Source of the DNA: a virus
Direction: 5' to 3' (one strand)
IMG/VR virus record: IMGVR_UViG_3300021091_005330
Span: 13,652-77,651 of that record
DNA length: 64,000 nucleotides
Position 1 is the first letter of the stretch; every line of letters starts with the position of its first letter. Shown one piece after another: positions 19,611-29,196 of this stretch. Under the pieces are notes generated by a model. The model worked only from the letters and a program-made list of their open reading frames with translations, was not told where the DNA came from and did no database searches. A program made the translations under genes and the position numbers.

Positions 19611-20752
19611 GATGCCAATGTGTTTATAAATTTATTGTAAAAATAATCTACGATTGATTTATTATCTTCTAAATAAGATCTTAAATTATCTATTCCTTGA
19701 TGCTGTTTTTTAAGTTCTAAATTAGACTTTTTAAGCTCTTCAATTATCTCATCAGTAAATGTAACCCAAGCCCCTTTTGCTGTAGCAAATTCCCATGATA
19801 ATATTTGGTCTATTACTTCGTACTCTTTCCAAATAGAAGAGCCATCTTTTCTTCCATATTTAATAGGATATTGAATTTTAGAATTAGTCGTTTCGTTTGT
19901 AGATTTTTTAATAGTAATTTTTACATTATGACCTATAATTTTATTTTTAATTTGATCATATTTTTCATTAGGTTTTTCTAATATCAGGTCTTTGTTATAT
20001 CTTGGTTCAAATTCAAGAATCCAATTAGCAAAATGCAAAAGAGCATTTCCACCTGTAGCGGTTGTTTGCCTAATATCTTTATTAGCAGCATACGGATCTA
20101 ATTTGATGTCTGATCTAACTTGGCTAATAAATATAGCCATATGTCCGCGCTTAGATAAAGCTAGAGAAATCTTTTTCATTAGCATTGAAGATATAACTGC
20201 CCCACCAGCAACTTTAGTTGCTTCATTTAAGCTTTTTTGACTATCGCTTTTAGTCATTAAACCATCTACGGAATCTAGAATAAAAATATACCTTTTATTT
20301 TCATCATTATTTTGAATTAAGTCTTTCATTAATTCAGAAACTGTTTCAAATATATTTGACTCAAATACAAAACAAGTGCCATCTTCCCATTCTTCTGGAT
20401 TTGTAACAAATTTAATGCCCGATCTTTCTTGTATTTCTTTACTTAATCTTCCTTCGGCTTTAAGCAATAAAGCTCTTGAGCCATTAACTGAGTTTAAGAA
20501 GTTCTTAGTAACCTCTAATGCTTCACTAGTCTTGCCCCCTTCATTCATTCCAAGAAATCTATGCAGTCCTGGGCTTAATCCTCCTCCAGTCGCTATATCA
20601 AGATTTAAACTACCAGTTGAAACTTTATAATAAATTTCTTCTTCAAAATTATAATGATCTTCTTTGTTTTCTTTTAAAAAAGATAAAAGCCTTGATTTTG
20701 CTGAAGGTCCAGTGGACTCTATTGCAGATTCTTCTTTTAGTTTACGTCCCAT
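19607..20752 (-). CDS. recA: RecA/UvsX-like recombinase
   Basis: STGSL.LD.A.GGG..PG, Walker A GMNEGGKTS, ILDSV, ISQVR, TGGNAL.H; likely start MGRK at 20752. Confidence 0.9.
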   Translation of the reverse strand: MGRKLKEESAIESTGPSAKSRLLSFLKENKEDHYNFEEEIYYKVSTGSLNLDIATGGGLSPGLHRFLGMNEGGKTSEALEVTKNFLNSVNGSRALLLKAEGRLSKEIQERSGIKFVTNPEEWEDGTCFVFESNIFETVSELMKDLIQNNDENKRYIFILDSVDGLMTKSDSQKSLNEATKVAGGAVISSMLMKKISLALSKRGHMAIFISQVRSDIKLDPYAANKDIRQTTATGGNALLHFANWILEFEPRYNKDLILEKPNEKYDQIKNKIIGHNVKITIKKSTNETTNSKIQYPIKYGRKDGSSIWKEYEVIDQILSWEFATAKGAWVTFTDEIIEELKKSNLELKKQHQGIDNLRSYLEDNKSIVDYFYNKFINTLAS

Positions 20753-21072
20753 AATCTTATAAATTCTAGTACATTCTTGGGTTTTTGGCAAGTCTTTTTA
20801 TCTTCTCCTATTTTTTTGTCTTGAATATTATGAATTTGTTTTTTTATCTCTTTTAAAGATTGTTTCTTTAATTCAAGATTTATAAATCTTTTGCCATCTT
20901 CAGTAAGAAACCAAGCTAAACTATTCAGTTTAATTTGATTTAAATTATTCCAAAAGGTATATCCTTTGTATTCTTTGAGTAATTTTTGGGCTATTTTTAT
21001 TTCTCTAGGCCAATTAATATTGATTGGTATATACTTTTTAATTATAAATTGGCACAGTTTATGACTATTCAC
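20737..21072 (-). CDS. hypothetical protein
   Basis: GTG start directly after a promoter; first gene of the recA operon. Confidence 0.65.
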   Translation of the reverse strand: MNSHKLCQFIIKKYIPININWPREIKIAQKLLKEYKGYTFWNNLNQIKLNSLAWFLTEDGKRFINLELKKQSLKEIKKQIHNIQDKKIGEDKKTCQKPKNVLEFIRLWDVN

Positions 21073-21078
21073 TAAATA

Positions 21079-21107
21079 AGTTTAACACGATAGTATTTTA
21101 TTGTCAA
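21079..21107 (-). promoter_or_regulatory. sigma70-like promoter, leaderless geometry
   Basis: TTGACA-N17-TAAACT-N6-GTG(21072). Confidence 0.7.
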
Positions 21108-21229
21108 ATTCTTTTTTAATAGCGACTCATAGATTACACTTAAGAGATTATGTTCAGTTTAATAATTTTATGAATTTTTTCCACGAATATTTTACACTTT
21201 TTAATTAGAAATAATGTGTAATTTAAGTC

Positions 21230-21625
21230 ATGATAGAAAACTATGGCTCGATTTATTATAATAAAGATAAGATCGAGATCCATAACCCTTGGGAGTTAGC
21301 GCAACTTCAAAAGGAATATCCTATCTTTAAAGATCAAGAAATCTTAAATTTAATTGAATTAATAAATAATCCTGTGGTGGCCTGTAAAGATTTAAGAGAA
21401 AATGAATATGTTGATCTCTCTAAAGAAATAAATAAAAAATATAAGTCCGTATTTACTAATACATTTGATTTTATATCAGCAATAAACTGGTCCGCTGTTC
21501 CTAATGAATGGGCAGCAAAAAAAATTATAATTTTGTGTGATTCTTTAATTTTAAAATCTGTAAGCGTATCGCCCGTCTTCTCAAGATTGCCACCATTTTT
21601 CTCCGTCACTGGGGAATATATTTAA
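21230..21625 (+). CDS. hypothetical protein
   Basis: GTGTAA at 21216-21221, 8 nt before ATG; overlaps the convergent gene by 45 nt. Confidence 0.55.
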   Translation: MIENYGSIYYNKDKIEIHNPWELAQLQKEYPIFKDQEILNLIELINNPVVACKDLRENEYVDLSKEINKKYKSVFTNTFDFISAINWSAVPNEWAAKKIIILCDSLILKSVSVSPVFSRLPPFFSVTGEYI

Positions 21626-22492
21626 GTCCCTTAGTAATGTTTTTGTGTCATATGCTGGGCCAAAAACTATCGACCAAGATCTTTCGCATAAATATCCATA
21701 CACCCAGTGTTTTAAATTTAAATCTTTTATTTTTTTATAGCTCTCTATAGAGTTTTGTAAAATTCTATCTTTTTTAACACCGAAGCATGCGCCAATGCAC
21801 ATAAAATATATTGATGGAAATTTTCTTTGATTAAATTTTGGAGTTATCTCGCATTTATTTAAAAAATTTTCAATTATATTGATATTAGCATCTTTCTTGA
21901 GCGTATGACACAAACTATCTATACTTGTAAATTTTTCATTTGGAAATCCAAGTTCTTTTAAAACTTCTAAATATAAATTCATATCATATGGAAAAAAATA
22001 ATCTGCCGCTAATAAATACTTTAAATTATAAAGATGCCCTGAGCATCTGTATTCTTTTAAATGCTTATTTTTTATGTGCTCTGCCTCTAAAACTTTTTTT
22101 GGAGGAACTTCGTGTTCATCTGAATATCGGTCAGTCAAACACTGAAAACTTTCATAATCTTCATAATTTTTTAATAATTTCGAAAAATCAGGAGAGTGCT
22201 TATGAGGTTCAGCCTGAGTAAATATTGTTAAATCTGCTAAATTATCATAGTTTTTTATTATGTGGTGTAAGTATGTATCGCTTTCTCTGCCTTCGTTGGG
22301 TAATTTTAATATTTTAGATTTTGGATTTTTTTGTAATGTTGTTAAAAAATAAGATAAAGACATAGTCGGTTCTAAATTGGATTCATCTAATTTCTGATAA
22401 AAATATACATTAAAATTATTTGGTATATCATTTAAAATCCAATTAATTTCAGATTCATTATAATAAGATATAACTATGTCTATTTTATTCAT
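21581..22492 (-). CDS. DUF3431-like putative glycosyltransferase
   Basis: IVISYYNE...W, LPNEGRES.TYLHHI..NYD.LAD.TIF.Q..P..H, GACF.V, ERSW..VF. Confidence 0.75.
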   Translation of the reverse strand: MNKIDIVISYYNESEINWILNDIPNNFNVYFYQKLDESNLEPTMSLSYFLTTLQKNPKSKILKLPNEGRESDTYLHHIIKNYDNLADLTIFTQAEPHKHSPDFSKLLKNYEDYESFQCLTDRYSDEHEVPPKKVLEAEHIKNKHLKEYRCSGHLYNLKYLLAADYFFPYDMNLYLEVLKELGFPNEKFTSIDSLCHTLKKDANINIIENFLNKCEITPKFNQRKFPSIYFMCIGACFGVKKDRILQNSIESYKKIKDLNLKHWVYGYLCERSWSIVFGPAYDTKTLLRDLNIFPSDGEKWWQS

Positions 22493-23576
22493 TTATTTTA
22501 TTAAATTTATTTATAGCAGATCCAATAATTTGATGCATATCATAATACTTATATTCTGCTAATCTCCCTCCAAAGATTACCTTTGTTTCTTTTACACTCA
22601 AATCTTTATATTTTTTATAAACTTCATTATTCATGTCATTATTAACTGGGTAGTATGGAGTTTTGTCTTTATTCCATTCGTCTGGATATTCTTTAGTTAC
22701 ATATGTGTATTCTTGGTCTTTAAATTCGAAATGTTTATGTTCTATTATCCTTGTGTAAGGTATATTATAATCCGTATAGTTTATAACCGCATTTCCTTGG
22801 TAATCCTTAATTAAATATTTTTTCGTTTCAAATCTCAAGCTTCTGTATTCTAGTTGTCCGTATTCATAATTAAAAAATTCATCTATTTTACCAGTATAAA
22901 CTATACATTTAGCTTTTTTATCCCAATAATCTTTTCTGTCAAAATAATTTTCATTCAAGATGATATCCGCACCATCTACCATATTTTCTATCATTTTTGT
23001 ATAACCCCCAATTGGAATTCCTTGATATTTATCAAAAAAATAATTATCATCAAAATTTAATCTAATTGGTAGTCTTTTTATAATAAAAGATGGAAGCTCT
23101 TTGGGCTCTTTTCCCCATTGTTTTTTAGTATAACCATATATAAAGGTATGATAAATTTCTTCCCCAACTTGACTTAATATCCATTCTTCTAGATTCTTTG
23201 GTTCTTTGATTTTAAGTTTAACTTCTTTTAGTTTATTTTTCGCTTCTTCTGGCGTATTAACTCCCCAAAGCTGGTATAATGTGAAAAGATTGATAGGAAA
23301 AGAAAACAATTTATTCTTAAAATTAACTTTTGGTCTATTAATATAATTATTAAATTTTGTAAATTTATTTATATAATCCCAAATTTCATCATTATTTGTA
23401 TGAAATATATGAGGGCCATACTTGTGGATATTAATTCCTTCAATATTTTCTGTATAGCAATTTCCTCCTATATGATTTCTTGAGTCTATGATTAAACATT
23501 TTTTACCGTTTTCTTTGGCTTTATTCGCAAATGTAGCTCCAAAAAGACCACAACCAACAATTAGAAAATCATACAT
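22485..23576 (-). CDS. glf: UDP-galactopyranose mutase
   Basis: IVGCGLFG, HIGGNCY, HKYGPHIFHT, YTKKQW, YQGIP, TRIIEHKHF, PYYP, GRLAEYKYYDM. Confidence 0.97.
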   Translation of the reverse strand: MYDFLIVGCGLFGATFANKAKENGKKCLIIDSRNHIGGNCYTENIEGINIHKYGPHIFHTNNDEIWDYINKFTKFNNYINRPKVNFKNKLFSFPINLFTLYQLWGVNTPEEAKNKLKEVKLKIKEPKNLEEWILSQVGEEIYHTFIYGYTKKQWGKEPKELPSFIIKRLPIRLNFDDNYFFDKYQGIPIGGYTKMIENMVDGADIILNENYFDRKDYWDKKAKCIVYTGKIDEFFNYEYGQLEYRSLRFETKKYLIKDYQGNAVINYTDYNIPYTRIIEHKHFEFKDQEYTYVTKEYPDEWNKDKTPYYPVNNDMNNEVYKKYKDLSVKETKVIFGGRLAEYKYYDMHQIIGSAINKFNKINE

Positions 23577-23578
23577 AA

Positions 23579-24202
23579 TTATTCTGTGTTAAATATTTTA
23601 GCCCAAGATCTTTCATAAAAATGTCCAATTTCGGGATCTAATTCGTTTAGTTCTGGATCATTTAATAAACTCTCATAAAACTTTAAGGGTCTAGTATGAA
23701 TATATTCTCTAGAAATAGCAAAAATAGCCTTTTGATACCACTTAAACTTTCCTTCATCATCAGAGATTTCAAAATGTTTTTTCCATTCGTATAAGGTATG
23801 TCTTGATTTCGAAACAGGTTTGTTTCCGTGATTGTTGATTTTAAAATTTTTATAACCGCCAAATGGTTCAACCCATTCTGGATAAAAATTTTTGTTTAAA
23901 GAATAGCCATAAATTTGTGCTTCAATATATAGCTTGTGTAAATAGCTCTCTGAAAAGCCGTGGTCATTAATTGATCCTTGAGAAAATATATTTATTTCAT
24001 TTAAATTATTGTATTTATTTACAATATGATATATATACGTATGAGATTCTCGACCAACATTTTCTAATTTAGTAATATTAAAAGTTCCATTTAAGTCTTC
24101 TTCTCCTTTATTATATACAAAAATATTATCGTATTCAGATGTTACCCATGATAAATCTTCTTTATATCTTGCGACTATTAAATCTGCTTTATGAAATTTC
24201 AT
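23579..24202 (-). CDS. DUF3431-like putative glycosyltransferase
   Basis: IVARYKEDLSW, NVGRESHTY..HIV, GHFYERSW..IF. Confidence 0.75.
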   Translation of the reverse strand: MKFHKADLIVARYKEDLSWVTSEYDNIFVYNKGEEDLNGTFNITKLENVGRESHTYIYHIVNKYNNLNEINIFSQGSINDHGFSESYLHKLYIEAQIYGYSLNKNFYPEWVEPFGGYKNFKINNHGNKPVSKSRHTLYEWKKHFEISDDEGKFKWYQKAIFAISREYIHTRPLKFYESLLNDPELNELDPEIGHFYERSWAKIFNTE

Positions 24203-25262
24203 TATTTTCTATATCATTTTTCACCATTCTTTTCACTAAATCATCAAAAGAATTTTTTGGATTCCATTTTAATTCATTTCTAGCTATAGAAGAATCTCCT
24301 AACAAAAGACTGACTTCAGCTGGTCTATAAAATTGTTTATTTATTTTAACCAAAGTCAATGGCATATATCTTGGTGTGGAATTAATTGCAGTTTTATATT
24401 CTAGATTTTCTGGAATTTCTTCATTAGAAGAATATGACCAATGAGCTAAAACCCCTGCTGATTTAAAAGCTTTTTCTACGAACTCTTTAATAGTATGAGT
24501 TTCGCCAGAAGAAAGTATATATTCTTTGGGCTCATTTTGATTTAACATCAGCCAGATGCCTTCAATAAAATCTTCTGCATGACTCCAATCTCTTTTAGCT
24601 TCTAAATTGCCAAGTTCAATTGGCAAAAAATTTTCATTCTTTTTTAAGCTATGAAATATTCTTGCTACTCCTTTTGTAATTTTTCTGCTTACGAATTCTT
24701 CTCCTCTTCTTTCGCTTTCGTGATTATAAAGTATTGAGTGAATAGCATATAAATTATAAGATTCCCTATATACCTTTGTTATATGTCTAGCAGAAGCTTT
24801 TGCTGCTCCATAAGGGCTTCTAGGTCTAATTGGATGATTTAAATCTTGAGGACTATACAAAACATCTCCCATTTCTTCGCTAGAACCAGCAGAATAAAAT
24901 CTACAATTCGGCGCATATTTTCTTATTGCTTCTAAGCACCTTAGAACTCCTAAAGCTACAGTATCAAATGTTTGTATAGGCAGTTGCCAACTACTACCTA
25001 CAAAAGATTGAGCCGCAAAATTAATAAAATAGTCTGGCTTAACATCTTTTACTATTTCGTCTATAGAATTGCTATCAGATAGGTCAGCTATAATAATTTT
25101 TAGTCTAGGGTTATTAATATTATGTTTTATATTTTTTAAATTTGGATTAGAGCTTCTTCTTCTTATGCCATAAATTTCATAATCAGTATTATTTAATATA
25201 AAATCAACCATATAAGAGCCATCTTGTCCCGTGACTCCTGTGACTATAACTTTTTTGCTCAT
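24189..25262 (-). CDS. gmd: GDP-mannose 4,6-dehydratase
   Basis: TGVTGQDGSY, AAQSFV..S, PRSPYGAAK, NHESERRG..FV.RKI, LGNL.AKRDW, FYRPAEV. Confidence 0.96.
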   Translation of the reverse strand: MSKKVIVTGVTGQDGSYMVDFILNNTDYEIYGIRRRSSNPNLKNIKHNINNPRLKIIIADLSDSNSIDEIVKDVKPDYFINFAAQSFVGSSWQLPIQTFDTVALGVLRCLEAIRKYAPNCRFYSAGSSEEMGDVLYSPQDLNHPIRPRSPYGAAKASARHITKVYRESYNLYAIHSILYNHESERRGEEFVSRKITKGVARIFHSLKKNENFLPIELGNLEAKRDWSHAEDFIEGIWLMLNQNEPKEYILSSGETHTIKEFVEKAFKSAGVLAHWSYSSNEEIPENLEYKTAINSTPRYMPLTLVKINKQFYRPAEVSLLLGDSSIARNELKWNPKNSFDDLVKRMVKNDIENNEIS

Positions 25263-25897
25263 ACTTTTATAATATCTTTAAGTTGTTCTAATTTAGATTT
25301 TTCATTTCCAGTATTATTTTCGGTAAGTCCTAAGGCATGATAAATAAAGCTTCCATGATCATTAAAAGAGTGAGACGGAAAAGTAGAAGTTTTTTCAGCA
25401 AATTTTTTATAATTTTCTCTAAGCATGGCTTGAAAAATTGGTTGATCGTCTATTGAGCCATCGTTTATTTCACAAGCTTCTATTGAGGAATTAATTATAT
25501 CCAACATATATTCAGAACTTTTAATAAAAAATACTCCAAAATTAAAATTCCAATATCTATCTTGTGGCTTTTGATTAACGTAACATACTATAAATTCAGC
25601 ATTTTTGTCGGACATCTCTATAAAATTTTTTAAATTGATGTCATGATTTAATATTACAGCATCCGCATCTAAATAAAAAATCCAGTCATATTTTTCATTT
25701 TCTATTATTGATTTTAATATAAATGGTTTATTCCAGTATGCTCTTCTTTCATTAGTTATGCTTTTAGGAACAAAATCTCCAATATAGTCTTGATAATCTA
25801 AATTGTATTTTTTGCAATACTCTATATTCTTTGGTTTAGTTAAATTGAGCGCGTTCATAAACCTGTCATCGGAATGTTGTATGACTTTAATACGCAT
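25259..25897 (-). CDS. GT34 (GMA12/MNN10-like) glycosyltransferase
   Basis: YC.KY, WNKP, YDWIFYLDADA, NFGVFFIK, DDQ. Confidence 0.75.
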   Translation of the reverse strand: MRIKVIQHSDDRFMNALNLTKPKNIEYCKKYNLDYQDYIGDFVPKSITNERRAYWNKPFILKSIIENEKYDWIFYLDADAVILNHDINLKNFIEMSDKNAEFIVCYVNQKPQDRYWNFNFGVFFIKSSEYMLDIINSSIEACEINDGSIDDQPIFQAMLRENYKKFAEKTSTFPSHSFNDHGSFIYHALGLTENNTGNEKSKLEQLKDIIKV

Positions 25898-25903
25898 ATT
25901 AAA

Positions 25904-25969
25904 ATTATAAAATAAAAATATTTTTAAGTCAAAATAATTTTTGACAAAATTATAAATACTTTATAATAT
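25904..25969. promoter_or_regulatory. back-to-back divergent sigma70-like promoters
   Basis: Minus: TTGACT(25932-27)-N17-TATAAT-N6-ATG(25897). Plus: TTGACA(25941-46)-N17-TAATAT(25964-69). The -35 boxes form an imperfect palindrome. Confidence 0.7.
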
Positions 25970-25975
25970 AAATCA

Positions 25976-26265
25976 TACATACCGCTCAATTAGCGGATAA
26001 GGTTTGTCGTACTCCGTGAAACGATAAGTCTTATTAGTTCGCGCGTGGGCAACGCTATCGGAGCTTGCGACCCAGAAAACCACTAGTAATAATGGGTGTG
26101 TAGGTGTAAGGGCTAACACGAGAATGACAGTCCTACCGGTGTCTGATAAGTGTTAGGAGCCGAAAGGCTTATGGACTCAATTGGGAAGTTGAACTAATAG
26201 ACTTTTATAGCCCTTTTACAGGGAAAGCTCCGCTTTGGGGAGCTCATTGGGAAGTTAAATAATTA
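25976..26265 (+). ncRNA. candidate structured non-coding RNA or long cis-regulatory leader of nrdA
   Basis: GC-rich non-coding island directly after a promoter; multiple helices, GNRA tetraloop, two possible pseudoknots (see findings). Confidence 0.65.
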
Positions 26266-26383
26266 AACGTAACGATACACTTGATTATGTCTTTTTATTA
26301 AATGTTAATAACAAATTAAAATTTTCTTTTTAAAAAAGTAAAACTACTGTAACATAAATATATCTGTTGGAGAAAGTTATTTA

Positions 26384-28645
26384 ATGAATAAAAGTTTTAA
26401 TGTAAAAAAAAGAAATGGGGCAACTGAAAAATTTGATATAGAAAAAATACATAAAGTAATTAACTGGGCGATAGAAGATTTATCTAATGTTAGCTTAACG
26501 GATATAGAAATAAATGCTAAAATTAATTTGCACGACGGAGTTTCAACAAAAGAAATACATAAACTTTTAATTGAATCTGCTGCCAATTTAATTTCTGTAC
26601 AAAAACCTAATTATCAATATGTCGCTGGTAGGCTTTTGAATTATCAACTTAGAAAAGATGTATGGAAAGGAAAGCATGCTCCAAGATTACTAGAATTCCT
26701 TAATCAAGGACTAAAAAATAAAATTTATGATCCTATCATATTAGGAAAATATACAGAAGATGAAATTAACAAAATGGGTGAATTTGTGGACCATGAAAAA
26801 GATTATGATTTTACATACGCTGGTATAAAACAATTGTGTGACAAATATTTAATAAAAGATCGGGTTACGCATAAGATATACGAAACTCCTCAATTTGCTT
26901 ATGTATTAATATCTGCTTATGCTTTTATTAACTATCCAAAAGAAACTAGATTATCATATGTTAGAAAATTTTATGAGGCTATAAGCAAACATAAGATTAA
27001 TCTTCCTACGCCAGTTATGGCTGGAGTAAGAACTCCTAGTAAGAATTATGCTAGTTGTTGCTTAATTGGTGTTGACGATACTCGCGAAAGCATAACAGCA
27101 AGTGCTACTGCAGTTAGTATGGCTACAGCTAACAGATGTGGCATTGGAATAGATGTTAGCAAAATTAGAGCTCTTGGCTCTCCAATTAAAAACGGAGAAG
27201 TAGTGCATACAGGTTTGATTCCTTTTTTAAAAATCTATGAAAGTAGTGTTAAAGCTTGGCAGCAAAATGGGTTAAGAGGAGGAAGCGCCACTTGTAATAT
27301 TCAATGGTGGCATTATGAAATAGAAGACATTGTTGTATTAAAAAATAATGCTGGTACAGATGATAATCGTGTTAGAAAATTAGATTATACAGTTGGAATG
27401 AGTAAACTTTTTTACGATAGAGTATTAAAAGATGAAGACATTATTCTATTTAATACTGTTGAAGTTCCAGAACTTTATGAAGCTTGGGGCACGAAAGACT
27501 TTGATAAAATATATAAAGAATGCGAATCTAAAAAATTAAAAATAAAAAAGAAAATTTCTGCTAGAAGATTATTTTCTTTAATAATTAAAGAAAGAGTTGA
27601 GACTGGAAGAATTTATATTCTTAACGTAGATCACGCTAATAATCATGGGGCTTGGTTAGACAAAGTAACAATGAGTAATTTATGTACCGAAGTTATACAT
27701 CCAACTATTCCTTTAAACGATTATAATGATAAAGACGGAGAAATTGGAATGTGCATTCTTTCAGCAGTCAATATGCTTGAAATTAAAAATTGGCAAGATT
27801 TAGAAAAAACTTGTGATCTTATCGTTAGGTTTCTTGACGAAATTATCGAGCTTCAAGATTATTTTAATATTGCTGCAGAAAATTTTGCAAAAAAACGTCG
27901 TAGTCTTGGAATAGGCATAACAAATCTTGCTGCTTATTTCGCTAAAAATGAATTAAAATATACTTCTGATAAAACGTTATCAACTTTAGACGAATGGATG
28001 GAGCACTTTCAATATTATCTTTTAAAATCTAGTTTAGAATTAGCCAAAGAAAAAGGTAAATGCGAAAAATTTGATAGAACAAAATACGCTAAAGGTATAC
28101 TTCCTATTGATACATACAAAGATAAAGTAGATGAAATTTGTAAAAGGAAACTTTGTTTAGATTGGGAATCTCTTAGGAAAGAAATAAAAGAACATGGTTT
28201 AAGACATTCTACATTATCTTCATGTATGCCTTGTGAAAGTAGTTCTGTTATTCAATCTTCTACTAATGGAGTAGAGCCAATAAGAAGCTTAATAACGTAT
28301 AAAATGAGTAAAATGGGTAAGCTACCAGTATTAGTTCCAGGGGTTGGTAAATATGATGATAATTATGAATTAGCCTATGATTTTAAAGATAATACTGGAA
28401 TATTAAAAGTTAATGCTATTATTCAAAAATATATTGACATGGCTATTTCAACTAATGTATACTATAATTATTCACATTATGAAAACAATATTCTTCCAGA
28501 TTCAAAAGTTATGAAAGAAATTATGTATGCTTATAGTTTAGGCTTAATTAGCTTATATTACAATAATAGCGATGATGGAGATAAAGAACAGCTAATGAAC
28601 CAAAAAGAAGATAGAGATTGCTCCTCTGGAGCATGTAAACTATAA
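26384..28645 (+). CDS. nrdA: class Ia ribonucleotide reductase alpha subunit with ATP cone
   Basis: VKKRNG..E.FD..KI, ETPQ, PTPVM, ASCC, SNLCTE, C-terminal CSSGACKL. Confidence 0.97.
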   Translation: MNKSFNVKKRNGATEKFDIEKIHKVINWAIEDLSNVSLTDIEINAKINLHDGVSTKEIHKLLIESAANLISVQKPNYQYVAGRLLNYQLRKDVWKGKHAPRLLEFLNQGLKNKIYDPIILGKYTEDEINKMGEFVDHEKDYDFTYAGIKQLCDKYLIKDRVTHKIYETPQFAYVLISAYAFINYPKETRLSYVRKFYEAISKHKINLPTPVMAGVRTPSKNYASCCLIGVDDTRESITASATAVSMATANRCGIGIDVSKIRALGSPIKNGEVVHTGLIPFLKIYESSVKAWQQNGLRGGSATCNIQWWHYEIEDIVVLKNNAGTDDNRVRKLDYTVGMSKLFYDRVLKDEDIILFNTVEVPELYEAWGTKDFDKIYKECESKKLKIKKKISARRLFSLIIKERVETGRIYILNVDHANNHGAWLDKVTMSNLCTEVIHPTIPLNDYNDKDGEIGMCILSAVNMLEIKNWQDLEKTCDLIVRFLDEIIELQDYFNIAAENFAKKRRSLGIGITNLAAYFAKNELKYTSDKTLSTLDEWMEHFQYYLLKSSLELAKEKGKCEKFDRTKYAKGILPIDTYKDKVDEICKRKLCLDWESLRKEIKEHGLRHSTLSSCMPCESSSVIQSSTNGVEPIRSLITYKMSKMGKLPVLVPGVGKYDDNYELAYDFKDNTGILKVNAIIQKYIDMAISTNVYYNYSHYENNILPDSKVMKEIMYAYSLGLISLYYNNSDDGDKEQLMNQKEDRDCSSGACKL

Positions 28646-29182
28646 ATGTATTTTTCTCAGATAGGACAGGATAGGCTTGTGGATAATTTTTTAGATTTTA
28701 AAACTAATGGATATTTTTTAGATATAGGAGCTCATCATTACAGACACATAAGTAATACTTACTTTTTTGAAAAGGTAAGAAATTGGCGAGGAATCGCAGT
28801 AGAGCTAGATCAATCATTTCAAAACGAATGGATCTCTAATAGACCTAATTCTATTTTTATTAATCAAAACGCTTTAGATATTAACTATAGAGATTTATTA
28901 TTAAAATATGATTTTTCATTAAAAATAGATTTTCTTTCTTTAGATTTAGAGCCACCAGAAGTAACTCTTGAGGCTTTATACAAAATATTTCAAAGTGATA
29001 TTACTTTTAACACTATAGCTTTTGAAGTAGATGATTATAGACAAAAGAATACTAAGAATAAATCTCGGGAATTTTTATCATCTAAAGGTTACCATTTTGT
29101 AGCAGAACTTTATGATAGAAATAATTCTGGTATGATACATGTAGACGATTTTTGGGTACATAAGTCTATTCTAAAAAATTAG
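28646..29182 (+). CDS. FkbM-family methyltransferase
   Basis: SQIGQD, GYFLDIGA....SNT..FE...W.GI.VE, IDFLSLDLE. Confidence 0.8.
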   Translation: MYFSQIGQDRLVDNFLDFKTNGYFLDIGAHHYRHISNTYFFEKVRNWRGIAVELDQSFQNEWISNRPNSIFINQNALDINYRDLLLKYDFSLKIDFLSLDLEPPEVTLEALYKIFQSDITFNTIAFEVDDYRQKNTKNKSREFLSSKGYHFVAELYDRNNSGMIHVDDFWVHKSILKN

Positions 29183-29196
29183 TGTAAATATAAGCT

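Noticed and set aside
21121-21197. Two minus-strand GTGTAA motifs (21134-39, 21192-97)
   Set aside because: Followed only by 4- and 14-codon frames; may be extra promoters for the recA operon, but no gene can be supported
26141-26170. Hammerhead ribozyme (CTGAT...GAAA) or RNase P RNA within the ncRNA candidate
   Set aside because: The core reads CUGAUAA, not CUGANGA, and the GAAA is a tetraloop; the GGAAAG at 26222 lies near the 3' end with no RNase P partner motif
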